From Acidobacteriota bacterium (GTDB taxonomy: Bacteria; Acidobacteriota; Polarisedimenticolia; Gp22-AA2), in the NCBI GenBank assembly GCA_031394595.1, contig JANNTZ010000191.1, positions 72 through 64,071 of the forward strand: a stretch of 64,000 bases of DNA. The letters are read 5' to 3'. This document shows positions 59,127 to 64,000 of this stretch, in pieces. The stretch's first letter is position 1. Each line of letters starts with the position of its first letter. Under the pieces are notes generated by a model. The model was given only the letters and a program-made list of their open reading frames with translations. It ran no database searches and had not been told where the DNA came from. The position numbers and the translations under genes were made by a program.

Positions 59127-60725
59127 CTAGATGCTCAGCCGCGCGAGCCGCGGCCGGATCGACAGTAGCGCATCGAAAATTGTCCGTGACATGAAGACGG
59201 CGGTGAACAGGTTCGCGAGGATCCCGACGTTCAGCGTCACGGCAAAACCGCGCACGGGCCCCGTGCCGTAGGCGTACAGGAAGAGGCCGGCGATGAGTGT
59301 CGTCAGGTTGCTGTCGACGATGGTGGTAATCGCCTTGTCGAAGCCGGCGTGGATCGCCGCTTTTGCCGTCCGGCCGACCCGCAGCTCCTCCCGGATGCGT
59401 TCGAAAACGAGGACATTGGCGTCGACACCCATCCCGACCGTCAGCGCGATCCCGGCGATGCCCGGAAGGGTCAGCGTCGAACCCAGGTAGGCCATGGCCC
59501 CGAGCAGTATCAGGACGTTGGTCAGCAGCGCGATGACGGCGTTCACCCCCGACATCCGGTAGTAGAAGAGCATGAAGAGGATGACGATGACCGAGCCGAT
59601 CCCCGACGCCACGAGCCCCTTGCGGATCGAATCGGCGCCAAGCGACGGCCCGACCGTGCGTTCCTCGAGGATATCCATGCCGGCCGGGAGGGCGCCGGAA
59701 CGGAGCTTGAGGGCCAGATCCTCGGCGGTCTCCAGGGTGAAGTTCCCCCCCTCGATGATGCCCGAGTCGGCGATGATCGCGTTGATCCGGGGCGCGGAGA
59801 TGACTTTGCGATCGAGGACGATTGCCAAGAGCTGCCCCTGGCTCCGGCGCGTCAGGTCCTGGAAGCGGCGCCCGGCCTCGCCGGTGAGCTGGAAATGCAC
59901 CGCCGCACCCCCGAACCGGTCCTGGTCGCGGCGGGCGTTCTTCAGGTCGTTGCCGGTGATCGGCGACGACCGGGTGACCGGCCAATAGAGACGCACGATC
60001 CGGCCTTCGGCGGCGGCCATTTCCTGCGGCAGCACTTCGACGTCCTCCGGCAGCCGACCGCCGAAGAGCTGGGCGAGCATGTCCTGGTTATCGGGCGGTC
60101 GGAACGCCTCGGCGGTGACTCCGGGCGGAATCTTCACCAGCTTCCACTCGAGGAAGGCGGGCGATCCGATCAGGTCCTTCACACGCGCGGGGTCCGCGAC
60201 CCCCGGCAGCTGGATCAGGATCCGGTCGGCGCGCGGTCCGACCCCCTGCCGCTGGATGGTCGGCTCGGCCACGCCAAAACGATCGACCCGCGTGCGGATC
60301 GTCTCCAGCGCCTGGCGGACCGCGGAATCCCGGATCGCCGACTCCTGGTCGGCGTGCAGATGAAGGACCAGCCGGCCGGGACCGTCCGTCCGGACCGCGA
60401 ACTGGGGGAACTGGGCCCGGATCAGATCCTGCGTTTCCTTGACGCGCGCCTCGTCAAGCCCGGAGAGCGTCATCGCGGCGTGGCCCGCGGCAATCTCCTT
60501 CGGAGCCAGCCCTTTTTCCCCGAGGGCCGCGCGAACGCGGTCCTGGGTCAGGTCGATCTCGGCCCGGATGGCGTCGTCGGTCCTGACCCGCATGACGAGG
60601 TGCATGCCGCCGCGGAGATCGAGCCCCAGCCGCATCGTCTGGTCGAGCGGGTACACGAGGACGAGGCAGATCGCGACCACTGCCAGAACGATGCCGACCC
60701 GCCACTTGATGTCGAGCCAGTCCAT
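59127..60725 (-). CDS. secD: Protein-export membrane protein SecD
   Basis: N-terminal TM, a large periplasmic domain, and a C-terminal RND-like 6-TM (GIALTVGMGVDANVLVFERIREE). 532 aa. Confidence 0.9.
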   Translation of the reverse strand: MDWLDIKWRVGIVLAVVAICLVLVYPLDQTMRLGLDLRGGMHLVMRVRTDDAIRAEIDLTQDRVRAALGEKGLAPKEIAAGHAAMTLSGLDEARVKETQDLIRAQFPQFAVRTDGPGRLVLHLHADQESAIRDSAVRQALETIRTRVDRFGVAEPTIQRQGVGPRADRILIQLPGVADPARVKDLIGSPAFLEWKLVKIPPGVTAEAFRPPDNQDMLAQLFGGRLPEDVEVLPQEMAAAEGRIVRLYWPVTRSSPITGNDLKNARRDQDRFGGAAVHFQLTGEAGRRFQDLTRRSQGQLLAIVLDRKVISAPRINAIIADSGIIEGGNFTLETAEDLALKLRSGALPAGMDILEERTVGPSLGADSIRKGLVASGIGSVIVILFMLFYYRMSGVNAVIALLTNVLILLGAMAYLGSTLTLPGIAGIALTVGMGVDANVLVFERIREELRVGRTAKAAIHAGFDKAITTIVDSNLTTLIAGLFLYAYGTGPVRGFAVTLNVGILANLFTAVFMSRTIFDALLSIRPRLARLSI

Positions 60726-60737
60726 GAGAGGGTTGGG

Positions 60738-61070
60738 TCAGGATTCCGTAGTGGAGGGAGCGCCGGCTTCCTGGAGGCCGACCACCGCGCTCTTGGTGAT
60801 CTTGACCTTGACGTTGTCGGCGATCCGCACCTGGACCGTGGCACGGTCCACATCGACCACCGTGCCGAGCAAACCGCCCGAAGTCACGACCCGGTCGCCC
60901 GACTTCAGATCGTCCAGCATCCGCTGGACCTGCTTCTGTCGCTTCCGTGCCGGCCGGATCAATAGAAAATAGAAAATTCCGAAGATCAGGACGAGCGGCA
61001 GGAACTGCATCCATGCATTCGCCTGCCCCTGCCCCGGCGGCGGCGCCATGAGGCCGATCGGGATCACCAT
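60738..61070 (-). CDS. yajC: Preprotein translocase subunit YajC
   Basis: QFLPLVLIFGIFYFLLIRPARKRQKQ. ~103-110 aa. The start is ambiguous (61070, or 61049 MAPPPG). Confidence 0.75.
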   Translation of the reverse strand: MVIPIGLMAPPPGQGQANAWMQFLPLVLIFGIFYFLLIRPARKRQKQVQRMLDDLKSGDRVVTSGGLLGTVVDVDRATVQVRIADNVKVKITKSAVVGLQEAGAPSTTES

Positions 61071-61175
61071 TCCTCCAATGAGACGCGCAAGATTGCCCGA
61101 AGCGCCCTCCCTTGTCAAGGCAGCACTCGACGGATAGACTGCCGCGGAGCCCGTCGAGGCAGGAGCGCTGCACCG

Positions 61176-61886
61176 ATGACCGAGATGAAGGGATCGGGAT
61201 CCGAGCGCCGTTTGGAGATGCCGATCCTGTCGGCCGTGCCCGAACTGGCGCACGGCTTCACTGTCCGGGGAAGCGACGCCCGCGCGGCAGTCCGGGCCGC
61301 GAGCGGGGAGGCGCCACTGGTCAGCCTGCGCCAGGTCCACGGCTCGATCGTCCATGTCGTCCCCCCCGCCCCCCGCGACGGAGATCGGCCGGAGGGAGAC
61401 GCGCTGGCGACCTCTTCCGCGGGAATGGCCCTGGGCGTCTGGGTCGCCGACTGCGTGCCAATCCTGTTGTGCGACCCACGAACGCGGGCGGTGGCGGCGG
61501 TGCATGCCGGCTGGCGCGGGACGGTGGCCGGGATCCTCGGGGAAGCGATCGCCACACTGCGTGATCGGTTCGGGTCCCGTCCGGCCGATCTGCGGGTGGC
61601 CCTTGGGCCTGCCATCGGGGCCTGCTGCTTCGAAGTGGGCGACGAAGTTGTCGAAGCGCTGCTGCGGACCGACGCCGGAGCGGCGGCCTGCGTCCGCCGG
61701 GGGCCGCGCCCGCACCTCGATCTCCACGACGCCAATCGGAGACAGGCCCTCGCAGCCGGGGTCCCCGCCGGCCAGATCCAGGCCGCCGACCTGTGCACCG
61801 CCTGCCGCGCCGATCTGCTGGAATCCTATCGCCGCGACCGGGAATCGGCCGGGCGCATGGCCGCCTTCATCGGGTGGCGATCGTGA
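61176..61886 (+). CDS. pgeF: YfiH/PgeF family (DUF152) purine-nucleoside phosphorylase / peptidoglycan editing factor
   Basis: HGFTVRG...LRQVHG...ADCVPILLCD...HAGWRGT...CCFEVG. 236 aa. Confidence 0.8.
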   Translation: MTEMKGSGSERRLEMPILSAVPELAHGFTVRGSDARAAVRAASGEAPLVSLRQVHGSIVHVVPPAPRDGDRPEGDALATSSAGMALGVWVADCVPILLCDPRTRAVAAVHAGWRGTVAGILGEAIATLRDRFGSRPADLRVALGPAIGACCFEVGDEVVEALLRTDAGAAACVRRGPRPHLDLHDANRRQALAAGVPAGQIQAADLCTACRADLLESYRRDRESAGRMAAFIGWRS

Positions 61887-61987
61887 CGTCCCGCGGCCGT
61901 GGCGGCCGGCCCATTCGCCGGCGGGCCGACCATCGTCAGGGGGGGGGCGACACCCGCATCCGCGGGCTGCACCGTGATCATGCGGAG

Positions 61988-62527
61988 GTGGCGGAAGCCT
62001 TCTTCGCCCGGTCGACGCCTGACGTCGAGGCGGTGGCCGACGCCTTCATCTCCGCGCTGCGTGCGGGTCGGGTCCTCTACTTTTTCGGAAATGGCGGCAG
62101 CGCCGCCGACGCCCAGCACCTCGCTGCCGAGTTCGTCAACCGCTTCGCCATCGATCGCCGGGCCTTCCCGTCGCTGGCCCTGACCACCGACAGCTCGGTG
62201 CTGACGAGCATCGCCAATGACGCCCACTTCGATCGGATCTTCTCCCGTCAGATCGAGGCTCTGGGCCGCCCGGGCGACGTGGCGGTCGGCCTGTCGACCT
62301 CGGGACGATCGCCCAACGTGCTGGAGGGTCTCCGGGCGGCGCGCGCACGGCGCATGGTCACGGTGGGATGGACCGGGGAGGACGGTGGGCCGATGCGACG
62401 ATTGTGCCGGCTCCTGATCCGGGTTCCATCACGGACGACGGCGCGGATCCAGGAGATTCACATCCTCGTCGGCCACATCCTCTGTCAGCTGGTGGACGAC
62501 GCCTTCACCCGGCGCCGCGGGCGCTGA
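61988..62527 (+). CDS. gmhA: D-sedoheptulose-7-phosphate isomerase (SIS domain, GmhA/DiaA family)
   Basis: VLYFFGNGGSAADAQHLAAEF...GLSTSGRSPNV...VTVGWTG...RIQEIHILVGHILCQL is close to E. coli GmhA. Start is uncertain: GTG 61988 chosen, and the ORF-track start at 61793 overlaps pgeF. Confidence 0.7.
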   Translation: MAEAFFARSTPDVEAVADAFISALRAGRVLYFFGNGGSAADAQHLAAEFVNRFAIDRRAFPSLALTTDSSVLTSIANDAHFDRIFSRQIEALGRPGDVAVGLSTSGRSPNVLEGLRAARARRMVTVGWTGEDGGPMRRLCRLLIRVPSRTTARIQEIHILVGHILCQLVDDAFTRRRGR

Positions 62528-62538
62528 CGGGGCCGTCC

Positions 62539-63897
62539 TCACTTCTTCAGCAGTGCGATGTTGTCCTGAATCTCCCTGGCATCGGGGGCCTTGGGGCTGA
62601 TCCTCAGGTACTCCTGGAAGTGCTTCAGGGCACCCGCGAAGTCTTGGCCGCTCATCAAGGCACGGGCCAGCTCCCGGTGGGCCACGGCGTACTGGGGATC
62701 GAGTTCGACAGCCTTGCGGTAGTACTGGACCGCATCCTTGGCGCGGTTCTCATTCCAGGCGATCACGCCGATGTTGTACAAGGAGACCGCCGCGTTCGCC
62801 GGATCGGCGGCGCTGAATTTCTGGTACATCTCCTGCGCCCTCGCGTGGTCCTTCCGCTTCTCGTAGATCGTGGCCATCTTGAGGTACGCCTCGCCCTTCG
62901 TGGGGTTGAGGGTCGCCGCCCGCTCGAGCGCCGTGAGGGCCTGGTCGTCCTGTCCCGCCTTGATGCAGGCGAGCCCCAGGTTGTAGGCCACCGAATCATT
63001 GTCGGGCGACAACTTGACTTCCTGCTCGTACTCGGCGACCGCCCGGGTGGCCGCCGCTTCTGCCTCGATCGGATCCTCGGCCTGCCGTAGATAGAGGTTG
63101 CCCAGGAAGAAGTGCGCTCCCTTCATGTCGGGTTTGATCTCGAGGCCCTTCCGGAAGGCGGCCTCGGCGCCGGAGTCGTCGCGCATCTCGTAAAGGCTCT
63201 TCCCGAGGTAGTAGTAAACGGCCGGGTTCCCGGTCGGATCCTTGGCGAGGAAGGCCCGATAGGTCCCGACCGCTTCGGGGTGGCGCCCGGCATCGGCGAG
63301 CTGCTTCGCCTGGCGGAGCGATTCCGCCCCGGCACTCCCCGCCGGCGCAGCCGGCGTCGCGGCCGCCACAGGCTGTGCCGGCTGCTGGCCCGCCGCGGCA
63401 GTCCCGCCGTCGCGTTTCTGGCGCTCGGCCTGGACCGCGGCGAGAAAGTCCGCCTCCTTGGCGACCACAAAATCGATCTGGTTCCGTCCCACGTCACCGA
63501 CGAGGACCAGCTGGAAATCCCGGAACTCCTGCTTCGATCCGGGGATGTGGTCTCCCTTTTCGACTTCGAGCCCTTTCGAGTCGAAGATCTCGAACACCAG
63601 CTTGACGACCTTGTATCCCGGGATGTCCGGGTACACCTTCCACTTCTTCGCGATGGACTTGTCCAGGGTGGCGATGACGTACCGGCCGTCCTTGTTGGTC
63701 TTGACCGGGCCGACCTTCTTCTTGATGTCCGAAGCCTCGAAGTAGACCGAGACCTTGGGCATCGGCTTCCCCTGGTTGTCGGTCACGGTGCCCCGGACCT
63801 TGGTGATAGCCTCGAAAGCGACCGAGGGTGGCGTTAACAGTCCCGCACCGGCTGCCAGCATGACCCCCACGACGAACCCGCGTGTCGATGTCTTCAT
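62539..63897 (-). CDS. Secreted protein with N-terminal beta-sandwich (CarboxypepD_reg-like) domain and C-terminal TPR repeats
   Basis: Signal peptide MKTSTRGFVVGVMLAAGAGLL. VRGTVTDNQGKPMPKVSVYF is Ig/CarboxypepD_reg-like. Several TPRs (YYYLGKSLYEM..., AYNLGLACIKAGQ..., LYNIGVIAW...). ATG 63897 with a GGAGG RBS. Confidence 0.6.
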   Translation of the reverse strand: MKTSTRGFVVGVMLAAGAGLLTPPSVAFEAITKVRGTVTDNQGKPMPKVSVYFEASDIKKKVGPVKTNKDGRYVIATLDKSIAKKWKVYPDIPGYKVVKLVFEIFDSKGLEVEKGDHIPGSKQEFRDFQLVLVGDVGRNQIDFVVAKEADFLAAVQAERQKRDGGTAAAGQQPAQPVAAATPAAPAGSAGAESLRQAKQLADAGRHPEAVGTYRAFLAKDPTGNPAVYYYLGKSLYEMRDDSGAEAAFRKGLEIKPDMKGAHFFLGNLYLRQAEDPIEAEAAATRAVAEYEQEVKLSPDNDSVAYNLGLACIKAGQDDQALTALERAATLNPTKGEAYLKMATIYEKRKDHARAQEMYQKFSAADPANAAVSLYNIGVIAWNENRAKDAVQYYRKAVELDPQYAVAHRELARALMSGQDFAGALKHFQEYLRISPKAPDAREIQDNIALLKK

Positions 63898-64000
63898 CTC
63901 GGCCTCCACTCCCAGGCGACCGCCCGATCTCGGGACAGCCGGCGCAGATTCCATAGTATACCCACGCGCCCCGGCCAACGACCCCCGGAACGGATCAAGG

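Overview
High-GC (~70%) bacterial chromosomal window, almost entirely coding and almost entirely on the minus strand. Gene content and order resemble a Myxococcus-type type IVa pilus (T4aP) supercluster, but this affiliation is an inference from synteny only.

Main blocks:
- **(i) 1-7997:** three prepilin-like minor-pilin genes (one very large, truncated at the window edge), a PilS2-like orphan histidine kinase, prepilin peptidase PilD and a PilGHI-like ABC transporter. A perfect sigma-54 promoter sits in front of the minor-pilin operon.
- **(ii) 7994-30851:** a ~23 kb translationally coupled glycan-biosynthesis operon. It encodes six glycosyltransferases (five GT4, one GT1/GT4-like), a WecA-like initiating transferase, two AsnB-type amidotransferases, an FAD oxidoreductase, a fused MDR-ADH plus Gfo/Idh/MocA oxidoreductase, a heparinase II/III-like protein, a methyltransferase, a Wzx flippase and two O-antigen-ligase(Wzy_C)-TPR proteins.
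- **(iii) 30949-31440:** a pilA-like major pilin with its own intrinsic terminator.
- **(iv) 31589-35880:** two large GT-C-like polytopic membrane proteins (one YfhO-like) that appear co-operonic with pilS-pilR.
- **(v) 35890-43043:** pilR-pilS-pilC-pilT-pilB.
- **(vi) 43358-48574:** two small proteins, a metallophosphoesterase, aroK, accB-accC, and a TPR plus Roadblock/LC7 (MglB/MglC-like) pair under a perfect sigma-70 consensus promoter.
- **(vii) 48684-54658:** pilM-N-O-P-Q followed by a translationally coupled small lipoprotein.
- **(viii) 55046-63978:** housekeeping genes rpmB, ridA, relA/spoT, secF, secD, yajC, pgeF/yfiH, gmhA and a secreted TPR protein.

No rRNA, tRNA, CRISPR or mobile elements were seen.

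The most interesting hypothesis is that pilA is embedded in a dedicated pilin-glycosylation island. The pilin is flanked by two Wzy_C/TPR ligase-like proteins (TfpO/PglL-like candidates) and two GT-C enzymes (TfpW-like logic), next to a complete lipid-linked glycan pathway.

All functional calls are from motif recognition by eye. No database searches could be run.
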